From assembly GCA_049323655.1 (NCBI GenBank), contig JBMONO010000022.1:14993-78992 (forward strand): a DNA stretch of 64,000 nt, in the 5' to 3' direction. A program made the translations under genes and the position numbers. Source of the DNA: Thermodesulfobacteriota bacterium. Its GTDB lineage: Bacteria > Desulfobacterota > Desulfobulbia > Desulfobulbales > SURF-16. Of the stretch, positions 1 to 10,467 are shown piece by piece. Position 1 is the stretch's first letter, and the number at the start of each line of letters is the position of its first letter. Under the pieces are notes generated by a model that ran no database searches, was not told the DNA's origin, and saw only the letters and a program-made list of their open reading frames with translations.

Positions 1-224
1 AATCGGCGCGGCTGGGCCTGCTCAGACAGATCATGCAATCGCCCCACTGGCAGGCCGATATTTACAACCAGAATACCATCATCCTGTCCGTACCGGCCGG
101 CAGTTTCGACCAACTGCGCACCATCTGCTGCCAAAAAACCGCGTCCTTCAATCCCGCCTACGCCAGGGACAGCCGTTACATCTCCCCCAAGCGCTTTCTC
201 ACCGTGGCGGTTACCCTTGAGTAG
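1..224 (+). CDS. C-terminal fragment of an unidentified protein (gene begins upstream of the window)
   Basis: The frame of ORF 33..224 stays open back to the window edge. No family motif recognised. Confidence 0.3.
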   Translation, partial: SARLGLLRQIMQSPHWQADIYNQNTIILSVPAGSFDQLRTICCQKTASFNPAYARDSRYISPKRFLTVAVTLE

Positions 225-296
225 CATGAACTGGCTGCGCCACGCAGCCAGTTCAACACCCACATTTTTTTCTTTCAACACCAAGGAATCACGGCT

Positions 297-1721
297 ATGC
301 ACACAAACAGCACACGATTTTCCCTGACATTTTTTCTCGTCGGCGCGGCGCTTTTTCTGCTGACCCTGCCAGCCCTCGCCTCCCGGCCCGACACCTTTGC
401 CCCGCTCGTAGAACAGTACGGGGACACGGTGGTCAACATCTACACCACCCAGACGGTCAAAACTCCACCCATCCCTTATTTCCCCTTTCCCGACCATCCG
501 GCTGTCCCCGAACTGTTCCGAAAATTTTTCGAACAACCCGGACCAAACGGTTTCCAGGGACAACAGGGGATTCCGCAAAAACGAACCAGCCTCGGCTCAG
601 GGGTGATCATTTCGGAAGACGGCTTTATCGTCACCAACAACCATGTCATTGATGAGGCGGACGAGATCAACGTTCGCTTCGCCAATCACGAGGAATACGA
701 GGCAAAAATCATCGGCCGTGATCCGAAGACCGACGTGGCGCTGATCAAGATTGAACCGAAGAAGTCCCTCCCCTATGTCAATTTCGGGGATTCCGATCAG
801 CTGAAGGTAGGTGACTGGGTACTGGCCATCGGCAACCCCTTCGGTTTCGAACAGACCGTCACCGCCGGCATTGTTTCCGGCAAGGGTCGCAGTCTCGGCA
901 GCGGGGCTTATGAAAATTTCATCCAGACCGATGCCTCCATCAATCCCGGCAACTCCGGCGGCCCTCTCTTCAACATGGACGGCGAGATGATCGGCATCAA
1001 CACGGCGATCTACAGTCGCAGCGGCGGCAACATCGGCATCGGCTTCGCCATTCCCGCCAACATGGCCAAGGACGTGGTCAAACAGTTGAGAGAGACCGGG
1101 AAGGTCACCAGGGGGTGGCTGGGGGTGATGATCCAGAACGTCAACCAGGATCTGGCCCAGAAATTCGGCCTTGACCGGGCAATCGGCGCCCTGGTCGGCG
1201 AAGTCACCCCTGACAGCCCGGCCGAAAAGGCCGGCATCGAGGCGGGGGATATCATCGTCGAGTATAACGGCAAGGAAATCTTACAGATGAACATGCTGCC
1301 GGCCTTGGTCGCTCAGACCCCGGTGGGCAGCAAGGCCAGCCTCGTGCTGTTCCGCGACGGGAAGAAAAAAGAGGTCACCGTTACCATCGCCAAACTAAAC
1401 GAGGACGAGATGGCCATGGCCGGCGAAGAATCCGCCACCATGCTCGGCCTGACCGTCCAGGAGCTGACTCCGGAACTGGCCCGCTCCTTCAACATCACCG
1501 ACAAGGAGGGCGTCGTTATCGCCAATGTCGAGCCCGGCTCAGCTGCGGCTGCGGTCGGACTGCAGCCCGGCGATCTGATCCTCGAGGTGAACCGGCAACG
1601 AATCAGCAGGGTGGAGGACTACAACAAGGCCGTGGGCACCCTCGACAAGAGCGGCAGTATTCTCCTGCGGGTCAAACGCGACCGCCACACCCGTTTTGTC
1701 GTGATCGAATCGCGGCGGTAA
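297..1721 (+). CDS. htrA: periplasmic serine endoprotease, HtrA/DegP/DegQ family (trypsin-like domain plus two PDZ domains)
   Basis: Signal-peptide-like N-terminus (FFLVGAALFLLTLPALA). Catalytic contexts NNHVIDEAD, DVALIKI and GNSGGPLF. Two PDZ-like segments follow (GWLGV..., LGLTVQEL...). Confidence 0.9.
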   Translation: MHTNSTRFSLTFFLVGAALFLLTLPALASRPDTFAPLVEQYGDTVVNIYTTQTVKTPPIPYFPFPDHPAVPELFRKFFEQPGPNGFQGQQGIPQKRTSLGSGVIISEDGFIVTNNHVIDEADEINVRFANHEEYEAKIIGRDPKTDVALIKIEPKKSLPYVNFGDSDQLKVGDWVLAIGNPFGFEQTVTAGIVSGKGRSLGSGAYENFIQTDASINPGNSGGPLFNMDGEMIGINTAIYSRSGGNIGIGFAIPANMAKDVVKQLRETGKVTRGWLGVMIQNVNQDLAQKFGLDRAIGALVGEVTPDSPAEKAGIEAGDIIVEYNGKEILQMNMLPALVAQTPVGSKASLVLFRDGKKKEVTVTIAKLNEDEMAMAGEESATMLGLTVQELTPELARSFNITDKEGVVIANVEPGSAAAAVGLQPGDLILEVNRQRISRVEDYNKAVGTLDKSGSILLRVKRDRHTRFVVIESRR

Positions 1722-1756
1722 ACCACCGCCCCTCTGTACGGGCCGAAAATGGAAAA

Positions 1757-1793
1757 CCCGTCCGGGACACAATATGTCCTGGACGGGTTTTTT
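1757..1793 (+). terminator. rho-independent terminator downstream of htrA
   Basis: cccgtccgggaca / tgtcctggacggg stem (one G-T position) followed by tttttt. Confidence 0.6.
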
Positions 1794-1858
1794 CTGAAAC
1801 TGATGATGATTTCTGCCGTTTTTTTGAGCGGCTCCGGGTGGTAACCGCCCTGGGAGAT

Positions 1859-2488
1859 TCAGCAACAGGCAGCCACCGCAGCCATCAGGCGGGTAACACG
1901 TTCCGGATCCTTGCGGCCCGGGGCCTGCTCCACCGCGGAATTGACATCAACGGCAAAGGGACAGGCCGCGGCAATGGCCTGCCCAACATTTTCCGGACCG
2001 ATGCCGCCGGCCAGAATCACCGGCCTTTGCGCCTGCAGTGAAGCGACCACCGACCAGTCGAAACTCTCGCCGGTGCCGCCGGCAAGCTCTTTATGATAGG
2101 TATCCAGCAGGAAGCCGGCCGCCACCCGCTCATAGGGTTGTAAATCCTCGCCACTGAACCCGGGCCGGACCTGAAAGGCCTTGATCACCCTCAACGGAAA
2201 CTGCCGGCAGTATTCCGGCGACTCATCGCCATGCAACTGCAGCATGGTCAACCCGCAGTACTGGGCGATCTCCTGAACCCGGGCCGGATCATCGTTTCTG
2301 AAAACCCCTACCGCATCGACAAACGGCGGCAATGAGCTAATGATCGCCCGCGCCTCTTCCGGCCTGATATAGCGCGGACTCTCCTGGACAAAGATGAATC
2401 CCAGGGCGTCGACGCCGGCGGCAACGGCATGCCGCGCCCCCTGCTCCTCGGTCATGCCGCAGATCTTGATCCGTGTTCGGGATCCCAT
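1859..2488 (-). CDS. trpF: phosphoribosylanthranilate isomerase
   Basis: IKICGMT N-terminus, LQLHGDE, LLDT...GGTG, ILAGGI. Last gene of the trp cluster. Confidence 0.85.
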   Translation of the reverse strand: MGSRTRIKICGMTEEQGARHAVAAGVDALGFIFVQESPRYIRPEEARAIISSLPPFVDAVGVFRNDDPARVQEIAQYCGLTMLQLHGDESPEYCRQFPLRVIKAFQVRPGFSGEDLQPYERVAAGFLLDTYHKELAGGTGESFDWSVVASLQAQRPVILAGGIGPENVGQAIAAACPFAVDVNSAVEQAPGRKDPERVTRLMAAVAACC

Positions 2489-2551
2489 TCCTCCTCCTCA
2501 AAAAAAGGTATACCAACGACGGCCGCCTATCCGCAACCGCCCCTGACCGAA

Positions 2552-3316
2552 TCAGCGGCCCATCAGTTCGCGGACAGCCTGTTCCCGACCGCCGGCACGC
2601 ATCAGGGTCTCACCGACCAGCACGGCGGCAATGCCGGCCTCAGTCAGTCGCCGGATATCATCAAGGTCACGGATCCCGGATTCGCTTACCAGCGGAATGG
2701 TGTTCGGGATAAGTTTTTTCAGCCGGAAGGTGGTCGTCAGGTCCATGGAAAAATCCTTCAGATTGCGATTGTTGACACCGATCAGCGTACAACCGGCCGC
2801 CAACGCCTTTTCCAGTTCATGCTCGTCATGCACCTCAACCAGGGCATCCATGCCCAGTTCCCGGCTCAGGGCCAAAAAATCGCTGATCTGATTTGTCTCG
2901 AGAATGGCGGCGATAAGCAAAATGGCGTCGGCGCCAAAGGCCCGCGACTGGCTGATCTGCGCCTCGTGGATGATGAAGTCCTTGCGCAACACCGGCAGCC
3001 CGACCGCCCGGCGCACCAGCGGGATGTAGGCGAGACTGCCCTGGAAAAATTTCTCATCAGTGAGCACCGACACCGCCTGGGCGCCGCCCGCTTCGTACTC
3101 GCGGGCGATACGGACCGGATCGAAATCCGGGCAAATAACCCCCTTCGAGGGCGAGGCCTTCTTGGCCTCGGCAATGAGCGCCACACCGGGGTAGCTTGTC
3201 AGCGCCGCCTGAAAACCGCGGGGCGGGCCCACCTCTCCGTCCGGCGCGAAAAAGCCGGCAGAGAGCAATGTCTGTACCTCTCGCCGCTTTTCTTCAACAA
3301 TGGCATCGAGAATCAC
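2552..3316 (-). CDS. trpC: indole-3-glycerol phosphate synthase
   Basis: ALIAEAKKASPSKG, LRKDFI, IGVNNRNL and VSESGI motifs. Sits between trpD and trpF. Confidence 0.9.
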   Translation of the reverse strand: MILDAIVEEKRREVQTLLSAGFFAPDGEVGPPRGFQAALTSYPGVALIAEAKKASPSKGVICPDFDPVRIAREYEAGGAQAVSVLTDEKFFQGSLAYIPLVRRAVGLPVLRKDFIIHEAQISQSRAFGADAILLIAAILETNQISDFLALSRELGMDALVEVHDEHELEKALAAGCTLIGVNNRNLKDFSMDLTTTFRLKKLIPNTIPLVSESGIRDLDDIRRLTEAGIAAVLVGETLMRAGGREQAVRELMGR

Positions 3317-3320
3317 CAGC

Positions 3321-4346
3321 TCACCCCGCGTCCCGACAGAATTTCACCAAGGCATCGAGCTTGGCCATGGCCGCGCCGGAGTCGATGGTTTTGCCGGCAA
3401 GTTTCACGCCGTCGGCAAGATCGGTGACCCTGTCCGCTGCCATCAGTGCGGCGCCGCTGTTTAACAGCACCATGTCCCGCCGGGGTCCGACCTCGCCCCC
3501 CAGCACGGCGCGCAACTGTTCTGCCGCGGCCTCCGCCGTCCTGCCACCCTGAATGTCCGCCAGGGTGGCTCGCTGCAGACCAACCTCCTCCGGCGTGATG
3601 GTAAAGGTGCGCACCGCACCGTTGTGAACATCCGCCACCAGCGTCTCGCCGGTGACGGTGATCTCGTCGACATTGCCGGCGCCGCACACCACCAGGGCGC
3701 GGAGCACGTCGAAACGGGCCAGCACGTTGGCCAGTTTCTCGACGAGCCCCGGGGCATAGACGCCGAGGACATAGACATTGGCCCCGGCCGGATTGGTTAA
3801 CGGCCCGAGGACATTGAAAATCGTCCGGATGCCGATCTCGCGGCGGGGTCCGATGGCATGCTTCATCGCCCCGTGCAGCATGGGGGCGAACATGAAACCG
3901 ATGCCGACCTGACGGATGCAGGCGCCGATCTGCGGCGCGCTGAGATTGAGGTTGACTCCCAAGGCCTCGAGCACGTCGGCGCTGCCGCAATGACTCGACA
4001 CCGACCGGTTGCCGTGCTTGGCCACCGGCAGCCCGGCGCCGGCCACGACAAAAGACGAAGTCGTCGAGACGTTGAAGGTGCCGGAGGCATCGCCGCCGGT
4101 ACCGACGATATCGACCAGAATATCGCCGCGGTCCGCGGCATCGACCCGAGTCGCCTTCTCCCGCATCACCCGCGCCGCGCCGGTGATCTCATCGACGGTT
4201 TCCCCCTTGATCCTGAGCGCGGTGATAAAGGCGCCGATCTGGGCCGGCGTCGATTCGCCTCCCATGATCTCGTGCATGACGGCAATCATCTCCTCCTCGG
4301 AGAGATTGCCGCCATCCACCACCCTGGCAATTGCTTCCTTGATCAT
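3321..4346 (-). CDS. trpD: anthranilate phosphoribosyltransferase
   Basis: GTGGD and KHGNRSVSS..GSADVLEALG motifs. Start set at MIKEAI (ATG 4346), preceded by AGGAGG. The longer ORF to 4415 overlaps trpG. Confidence 0.9.
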   Translation of the reverse strand: MIKEAIARVVDGGNLSEEEMIAVMHEIMGGESTPAQIGAFITALRIKGETVDEITGAARVMREKATRVDAADRGDILVDIVGTGGDASGTFNVSTTSSFVVAGAGLPVAKHGNRSVSSHCGSADVLEALGVNLNLSAPQIGACIRQVGIGFMFAPMLHGAMKHAIGPRREIGIRTIFNVLGPLTNPAGANVYVLGVYAPGLVEKLANVLARFDVLRALVVCGAGNVDEITVTGETLVADVHNGAVRTFTITPEEVGLQRATLADIQGGRTAEAAAEQLRAVLGGEVGPRRDMVLLNSGAALMAADRVTDLADGVKLAGKTIDSGAAMAKLDALVKFCRDAG

Positions 4347-4377
4347 AGTATCCTCCTGCTGATAACTCGATTCGCGG

Positions 4378-4965
4378 CTAGGCAAAATACATCTTTTCGT
4401 AATCCGGGCTGACAAAATTGCGCAGCAGCTGGACGCCGTGCGGGGTCATGATCGATTCCGGATGAAACTGTACCCCTTCGACCATCAACGTCCTGTGCCG
4501 CACCCCCATCAGCTCTCCCTGATCGGTATGGGCGGTTTTAATCAAACAATCGGGAAACTGCTCGTCCGCCACCACCAGGGAATGATAGCGCATGCCGTCA
4601 AAGGGGTTGGGCAGATTGGTGAACACCCCCTTGCCGTCATGGTGGATGGGGCTGGTCTTGCCGTGCATGACCCGGCCGGCCCGCACCGTCCGGCCGCCGA
4701 AGGCCTCGCCGATGGACTGATGGCCGAGGCAGACGCCGAGCACCGGAATTCTGCCGGCAAAATGGCGGATAGCGGCAATGGAGATACCGGCCTGAGCCGG
4801 ATCGCAGGGCCCGGGCGAGATGAGCAGCCGGTCCGGCCCTATGCCGTCAATGAAGGAGATATCCACCTCATCATTGCGGAAGACGCGCAGCTGTTCGCCG
4901 AAGCCGCCGATGGTCTGGACGATATTGTAGGTGAAGGAATCGTAATTATCGATGATGACGATCAT
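4378..4965 (-). CDS. trpG: anthranilate synthase component II (glutamine amidotransferase)
   Basis: IIDNYDSFTYN, GVCLGHQ (catalytic Cys) and QFHPES motifs. Confidence 0.9.
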   Translation of the reverse strand: MIVIIDNYDSFTYNIVQTIGGFGEQLRVFRNDEVDISFIDGIGPDRLLISPGPCDPAQAGISIAAIRHFAGRIPVLGVCLGHQSIGEAFGGRTVRAGRVMHGKTSPIHHDGKGVFTNLPNPFDGMRYHSLVVADEQFPDCLIKTAHTDQGELMGVRHRTLMVEGVQFHPESIMTPHGVQLLRNFVSPDYEKMYFA

Positions 4966-4970
4966 GGCCG

Positions 4971-6455
4971 TTAAAATCCTTTTTCCGCCAGTTCCACCGC
5001 CCGCATCAGGCCGCGGGACTTGTTCAGCGTCTCTTGGTACTCCATTTCCGGATCGGAATCGGCGACGATGCCGGCGCCGGCCTGCACCCAGAGATTATCG
5101 TCCTGGAGAATGAAGGTGCGGATGGTGATGCAGAAATCCATGTTGCCGGAAAAACCGAAATACCCCACCGCGCCGGCATAGGGGCCACGGCGCTCCGGTT
5201 CCAGCTCCTCGATGATCTCCATGGCACGGATCTTGGGAGCCCCGCTCACCGTACCGGCTGGGAAACAGGCGCGTACTACGTCGAACTGGTCGCGGCCCTC
5301 GGCGAGCTGACCGCGCACCCCGGAGACGATGTGCATGACATGGCTGTAGCGCTCGATGACGAGCAGATCATGGGTTTCCACTGTGCCGTATTGGGCCACC
5401 CGGCCGACATCATTGCGGCCCAGATCAACCAGCATCAGGTGCTCGGCCCGTTCCTTGGGGTCGGCAAGCAGCTCGCGCTCCAGGGCAAGATCCTCCTCCC
5501 TGGTTTTACCCCGCGGCCTGGTCCCGGCAATGGGCCGCACCTCGATCTTCCCCTCCTCAAGGCGCACCAGAATCTCCGGCGACGAGCCGATCTGGATATT
5601 GCGCCCCAACTTGAGATAAAACAGATAGGGACTCGGGTTGATATGGCGGAGGGCGCGGTAGAGCATGAACGGCGGCAAGAAGGTCCTGCTGTGAAAACGC
5701 TGGGAGAGCACGACCTGGATGATGTCGCCGGCCATGATGTATTCCTTGGCGCGGTTCACCATAACCCGGAAGGCATCCTCGCTCATATTCGACTGAAACT
5801 GGTGCTGGTGTCCGCTCCGGTCGCCATCCACCACGTCATAGGGCAACGGGCGGCGGCGCAGCCGGATGATCAGTGCGTCGATCTGCCGACAGGCCCTGGC
5901 ATACTGCTCCTCCAGCCCCTGCCCCTCTTCCAGGGCAACGCAGTTGACCACGGTCAGGGTCTGTTTCAGGTTGTCATAGATGAGCACCATGCGGGGCACC
6001 ATGAACGAGCTGTCCGGGAAGCGCTCCAGGGGCGGATTGATCTCCGGCAACTTTTCCATGAAACGCACCATGTCGTAGCCGAGATAGCCCACTGCGCCCC
6101 CGAAGAACCGGGGCAGAAAATCGCTTTCCCGGCAGGCCTGGAAGGCCGACAGAGTCTCCTTGAGGATGGCCAGGGGGTCGCCGGTCCGCTCTTCCACCCG
6201 GCCGTCGCGACGGATGACAACATTCTCTCCCCGGCTCTCAAAGGTAAGCAGCGGATCAAGGCCGATGAAGGAATAGCGTCCCCACTTTTCGCCGCCTTCC
6301 AGACTTTCCAGCAGAAAGGCATGGGAATCGTCACCCGCCAGCTTGGCAAAAACCGTCAGCGGCGTATCCAGGTCAGCGACGATCTCCCGGCAGACGGGAA
6401 GGAGCCGGGCCTGGGCCGCCAGTTTCACAAAATCATCCAACGCCGGTTTGTGCAT
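4971..6455 (-). CDS. trpE: anthranilate synthase component I
   Basis: LLESLEGGEKWGRYSF Trp-feedback region, GAVGYFG, and GAGIVADS chorismate-binding C-terminus. Confidence 0.9.
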   Translation of the reverse strand: MHKPALDDFVKLAAQARLLPVCREIVADLDTPLTVFAKLAGDDSHAFLLESLEGGEKWGRYSFIGLDPLLTFESRGENVVIRRDGRVEERTGDPLAILKETLSAFQACRESDFLPRFFGGAVGYLGYDMVRFMEKLPEINPPLERFPDSSFMVPRMVLIYDNLKQTLTVVNCVALEEGQGLEEQYARACRQIDALIIRLRRRPLPYDVVDGDRSGHQHQFQSNMSEDAFRVMVNRAKEYIMAGDIIQVVLSQRFHSRTFLPPFMLYRALRHINPSPYLFYLKLGRNIQIGSSPEILVRLEEGKIEVRPIAGTRPRGKTREEDLALERELLADPKERAEHLMLVDLGRNDVGRVAQYGTVETHDLLVIERYSHVMHIVSGVRGQLAEGRDQFDVVRACFPAGTVSGAPKIRAMEIIEELEPERRGPYAGAVGYFGFSGNMDFCITIRTFILQDDNLWVQAGAGIVADSDPEMEYQETLNKSRGLMRAVELAEKGF

Positions 6456-6502
6456 GATACAATCAAACCTCCCGGGCCAGGGCGGACAACCGCCCTGCGG
6501 TC

Positions 6503-6540
6503 AAAAAAAAAGCCATGGGAACCGCACGGGCGCCCATGGC
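6503..6540 (-). terminator. rho-independent terminator downstream of rpsT
   Basis: On the minus strand: GCCATGGG-cgcccgtgcggtt-CCCATGGC followed by a run of nine T. Confidence 0.7.
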
Positions 6541-6626
6541 ATATTTCTTCACTGCTGAAAAAGTCGATACGAATTCGGCTCGGTCATTGTACACAACTCC
6601 CGCGCGAGCAGGATATCGACAACCCC

Positions 6627-6911
6627 TCAGGCAGCGGAATCGATACCGGCGAGAAAGCTGTTGACCCTTCTGGTCAGACGCGAAACCTTCCGCGATGCGT
6701 TCTGTTTATGGAGTGTTCCCTTTGTCGCGGCCTTCTGGATGACCGGGATGGCAGCCTGCAAGGCAGCCTTTACCTGGTCGGCCGACTGCGCGGCAATGGC
6801 GTCATCCACCGCCCGAATGGCGGTTTTCACCATGCTGCGGTTTGCCCTGTTACGCGCCCGGCGCAGAAGACTCTGCCGGTTTCTTTTGATTGCGGATTTA
6901 TGATTAGCCAA
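6627..6911 (-). CDS. rpsT: 30S ribosomal protein S20
   Basis: ANHKSAIKRNRQS...R.RN N-terminus. Start placed at TTG 6911, preceded by GGAG. The upstream part of ORF 6627..6965 does not look like S20. Confidence 0.85.
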   Translation of the reverse strand: MANHKSAIKRNRQSLLRRARNRANRSMVKTAIRAVDDAIAAQSADQVKAALQAAIPVIQKAATKGTLHKQNASRKVSRLTRRVNSFLAGIDSAA

Positions 6912-7282
6912 AATAGTTCTCCTCTTGTTGCAAAGACCTGAAAAACAAACTGCCTGCTCCCGCACGGAAACAGGACAAAACGTTTATAACGGAAAAAAAT
7001 TTATATAAATGATCTCAACCTGGATGTCAAGCATCAACATCGACTTTCTTTTTTTTCCAAAAAAGACCGGAAACTCCTTTCAGCTCTCGCATAATCCGTT
7101 AATATCATATATGATTTAAAGAGGCGACGGGCTGAGCCGGGCAAGCCGCCCCTGTGGCGACCTGTCATGCAGCCGGGATGCCCCGGTTGCACCAGCGCTC
7201 CTTTACAATTATACCGCACATGCAATCACCCGCAGCGGCACATCAGCCCCGCTGCCAGGCCAGGGAGGAACCCCACCGACAG

Positions 7283-8074
7283 ATGCTTGAAGCACTCGCC
7301 TCACTCCGCTGGCAGGATGTCGTCGATATCCTGCTCGTTTCCTACATTATCTACCGCATCATCCTGATAATCAAGGGAACGCGGGCCGCCCAGATGCTGA
7401 TCGGCATCGGCGTGCTGATCGTCGTCTATTTCGGCGCCCGCGAGCTGGAACTCATGACCCTCTACTGGCTGCTCGGCACCTTCCTCAGCTCCATCTTTCT
7501 CATCATTATCATCGTCTTCCAGCGCGACATCCGCCGCGCCCTGACCCAGGTGGGCCAGACCCCCTTCGGCAAGATGACGGAAGAAACCGTCCAGTCCATC
7601 GATGAAATCGTCCATGCCGCCAAATATCTCTCCGACCGCAAAACCGGCGCGTTGATCGTCATTGAACGGGAGACCGGCCTGAAAGACTACATCGAATCCT
7701 CCCACATCATCGATGCCCGTTTGTCGATGGAACTGCTCGTCAGCCTGTTTCACACCTCCTCCCCCCTGCATGACGGCGCGGTCATTGTCCATAAAAACAG
7801 AATTCTCACCGCCTGTTCGGTGCTGCCCCTGACCAAAAATCCATATATCAGCAAGAAACTGGGCACCCGCCACCGGGCCGCCATCGGCATCTCCGAAGAA
7901 ACCGATGCCGTGGTGGTGGTGGTCTCCGAGGAGACCCGCCAGATCTCTCTTGTCCTGCACGGCGGCATCACCAGCGGACTTGACATTCCATCCCTGCGCA
8001 ACCGACTGGAGGCCATTCTCACCCCGAAGGAATTCGACACGACCAAATGGAAAACCTGGCTACAAAGAAAATAA
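7283..8074 (+). CDS. cdaA: diadenylate cyclase CdaA (membrane-anchored DisA_N/DAC domain)
   Basis: Three N-terminal TM helices. DAC motifs PLHDGAVIV and GTRHRAAIGISEETDAVVVVVSEET. Start set at MLEALASL. Confidence 0.9.
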   Translation: MLEALASLRWQDVVDILLVSYIIYRIILIIKGTRAAQMLIGIGVLIVVYFGARELELMTLYWLLGTFLSSIFLIIIIVFQRDIRRALTQVGQTPFGKMTEETVQSIDEIVHAAKYLSDRKTGALIVIERETGLKDYIESSHIIDARLSMELLVSLFHTSSPLHDGAVIVHKNRILTACSVLPLTKNPYISKKLGTRHRAAIGISEETDAVVVVVSEETRQISLVLHGGITSGLDIPSLRNRLEAILTPKEFDTTKWKTWLQRK

Positions 8075-9018
8075 AAAAATGGTTCGACCGGCCCTGGCCG
8101 AAAAACTGGGTATTGAAACTCATCTCCTTTTTTTTCGCCCTGTTTCTCTGGTATTTTGTCGTGGGTGAAGACAAGGTGGACAAAACCATCAACATTCCGG
8201 TGGAGATTCTTAACATGCCGGCCAATCTAACCATCTCCAACCAGTTCAAAAACGAGTTGGAGATCACCGTCACCGGCCCGCGCGGCCTGATCCGCAATCT
8301 CGACCAACAGCACATCTACCGGCCCATCGATCTCTCTCGGGCCGAGCCCGGCACCCGGGTCTTCCAGAACACCGAAGATTCCATCTCTCTGCCCCGCGGA
8401 GTGCGGCTGCTGCGGGTCAAGCCGACCGACATCATTCTCCAGCTCGACATGCTGGTGAAAAAAAATATCCCAATCCAGGCGGTGAGCAGCGGGGAGCCGC
8501 CCGCCGGCTTCACGCTGGTCTCCATCAGCACCGACCCGCCGACCCTGCCGGTGACCGGACCGCAGATCCTCGTCGAACAGCATGACGCCATCTCCACCGC
8601 CCCCATCGACGTTTCCCGTCTGACCGCATCCACCACCAGACCGGTCGCCCTGGAGCTGCCGCCGGCCATCAGCGATCTGGTTGGCAATCCGGTTGTCAAT
8701 GCAACCATTGTCATCAAAGAAAAAAAAGAGGAAAAAACAATCAAGGGCATCCCGGTGCGCCTGCTGCTCTCCGGCAGGAAAATCTCAACCCTCACTCCGG
8801 AAACGGTCACCGTCACCGCCCGCATCCCCTACACCACGGTCCGGGAAACCAAAGACCTCAAGACCCTGTTCCGCGCCCGCATCATCGGCGTCGATCTCGC
8901 CGTTGGCAAACATACCCTGCCGGTGGAGATCATCCCGGCCGAGGACGTGGAAATCGTCACCGTCTCCCCCGATACCGTGACCGCTGATATCAGGGATGAA
9001 GAAGGCGGCGGAGAATAA
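8047..9018 (+). CDS. cdaR: CdaA regulatory protein CdaR (YbbR-domain protein)
   Basis: N-terminal TM segment then repeated YbbR-like beta modules. Overlaps the cdaA 3' end and precedes glmM, the conserved operon position. Confidence 0.75.
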   Translation: MENLATKKIKKWFDRPWPKNWVLKLISFFFALFLWYFVVGEDKVDKTINIPVEILNMPANLTISNQFKNELEITVTGPRGLIRNLDQQHIYRPIDLSRAEPGTRVFQNTEDSISLPRGVRLLRVKPTDIILQLDMLVKKNIPIQAVSSGEPPAGFTLVSISTDPPTLPVTGPQILVEQHDAISTAPIDVSRLTASTTRPVALELPPAISDLVGNPVVNATIVIKEKKEEKTIKGIPVRLLLSGRKISTLTPETVTVTARIPYTTVRETKDLKTLFRARIIGVDLAVGKHTLPVEIIPAEDVEIVTVSPDTVTADIRDEEGGGE

Positions 9019-9110
9019 GACCGGCACCTTCTTCAATAAACCAGCAGAATACATGTGGCGCCGAAGCACCTTCCGGCGCCATTCCCTTTTCGCGATTTAA
9101 GGAGAAGACA

Positions 9111-10460
9111 ATGAGAAGACTCTTCGGCACCGACGGGGTGCGCGGGGTGGCCAACACCTATCCGATGACCACCGAGATCGCCATGCAGATCGGCCGCGGC
9201 ATCGCCTTTCAGGTTAAGGATGCCAAACACGGCCACCGCATCGTCATCGGCAAGGACACCCGGCTGTCCTGCTACATGCTGGAAAATGCCCTGGCCGCCG
9301 GCATCTGCTCCATGGGCGTTGATGTCCTGCTCTGCGGGCCCTTGCCCACTCCGGGCATCGCCTTTATCACCACCAGCATGCGGGCCGATGCCGGGGTGGT
9401 CATCTCCGCCTCCCACAACCCCTTTCAGGACAACGGCATCAAAATCTTCTCCGGCGACGGCTTCAAGCTGCCGGACGAGCGGGAGGCGGACATCGAGGAC
9501 CTCATCTTCTCCCAGAAGATGGCGGCCCTGCGGCCGGTGGCGGACGAGGTGGGCAAGGCGGCCCGCATCGAGGACGCCCGGGGCCGCTACATCGTCTTTC
9601 TCAAGAACACCTTTCCCCGTTCCTATACCCTGGACGGCTTCCACATCGTCCTTGACTGCGCCAACGGCGCCACCTACGGGGTCGCGCCTCACGTCTTCGA
9701 GGAACTGGGCGCCAGGGTGACCAAGATCGGGGTGGAACCGGACGGCAAGAATATCAACCACGAGTGCGGCGCCCTCCACCCGCGACTGATGGCCGACCAG
9801 GTAAAAAAGCTCGGCGCCGACATGGGCATCGCCCTGGACGGCGACGGCGACCGGGTCATCGTTGCCGACGAAAAGGGCAAGATCGTTGACGGCGACCATA
9901 TCATGGCCATCTGCGCCGCCGATCTGCTTTCCCGCAAGAAGCTCAAAAAAAAGACCCTGGTAGCCACCGTCATGAGCAACATGGGGCTGGAATTGGCCAT
10001 GGAAAAGATGGGCGGCCGGCTGGTGCGCGCCCAGGTCGGCGACCGCTATGTGGTGGAAATGATGCGCCAGCACAACTACTCCTTCGGCGGCGAGCAGTCC
10101 GGCCATCTGATCTTCCTCGAACACAACACCACCGGCGACGGCATCCTGGCTGCCCTGCAACTGCTGGCCATCATGATCAAACGACGCAGACCCCTTTCCG
10201 AGCTGACCTCGATCATGGAAACCTTTCCCCAGGTGCTGAAGAATGTGCGGACCGCCAAGCGGCTCGACCTCGACCTCGTGCCCGGCTTCAACGAAGCAAA
10301 GGCAGCGATGGAGCGCAAGCTGGGCAACGACGGCCGCATCCTCGTCCGCCTTTCCGGCACCGAGCCGGTGGTCCGGGTCATGCTGGAGGGCAAGGAGATG
10401 GACACTATCGACGCCATGGCAGATGAATTGTGTGCGCTGATCCGCAAGGCGGATGGGTGA
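9111..10460 (+). CDS. glmM: phosphoglucosamine mutase
   Basis: [12 protein letters not shown], phosphoserine loop [13 protein letters not shown], metal loop LDGDGDR, and GEQSGH. Confidence 0.95.
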   Translation: MRRLFGTDGVRGVANTYPMTTEIAMQIGRGIAFQVKDAKHGHRIVIGKDTRLSCYMLENALAAGICSMGVDVLLCGPLPTPGIAFITTSMRADAGVVISASHNPFQDNGIKIFSGDGFKLPDEREADIEDLIFSQKMAALRPVADEVGKAARIEDARGRYIVFLKNTFPRSYTLDGFHIVLDCANGATYGVAPHVFEELGARVTKIGVEPDGKNINHECGALHPRLMADQVKKLGADMGIALDGDGDRVIVADEKGKIVDGDHIMAICAADLLSRKKLKKKTLVATVMSNMGLELAMEKMGGRLVRAQVGDRYVVEMMRQHNYSFGGEQSGHLIFLEHNTTGDGILAALQLLAIMIKRRRPLSELTSIMETFPQVLKNVRTAKRLDLDLVPGFNEAKAAMERKLGNDGRILVRLSGTEPVVRVMLEGKEMDTIDAMADELCALIRKADG

Positions 10461-10467
10461 GAAGTTT

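Noticed and set aside
6456-6626. Hairpin plus T-run upstream of trpE, considered as a trp attenuator.
   Set aside because: It sits directly after the rpsT stop and reads as that gene's terminator. No leader ORF with tandem Trp codons is present (no ccacca on the + strand in this interval).
5034-6941. 635-aa ORF on the + strand (with many similar long ORFs, e.g. 9033..10724, 20489..22000, 36710..38260, 39971..41311, 41497..43698, 52483..53589).
   Set aside because: Each lies antisense to a gene with unambiguous family motifs (trpE, glmM, pheA/tyrA, efp/epmA, pepN, the transglycosylase). Their translations are Gly/Arg/Ala/Pro/His-rich with no motifs. These are typical stop-free shadow frames of high-GC DNA.
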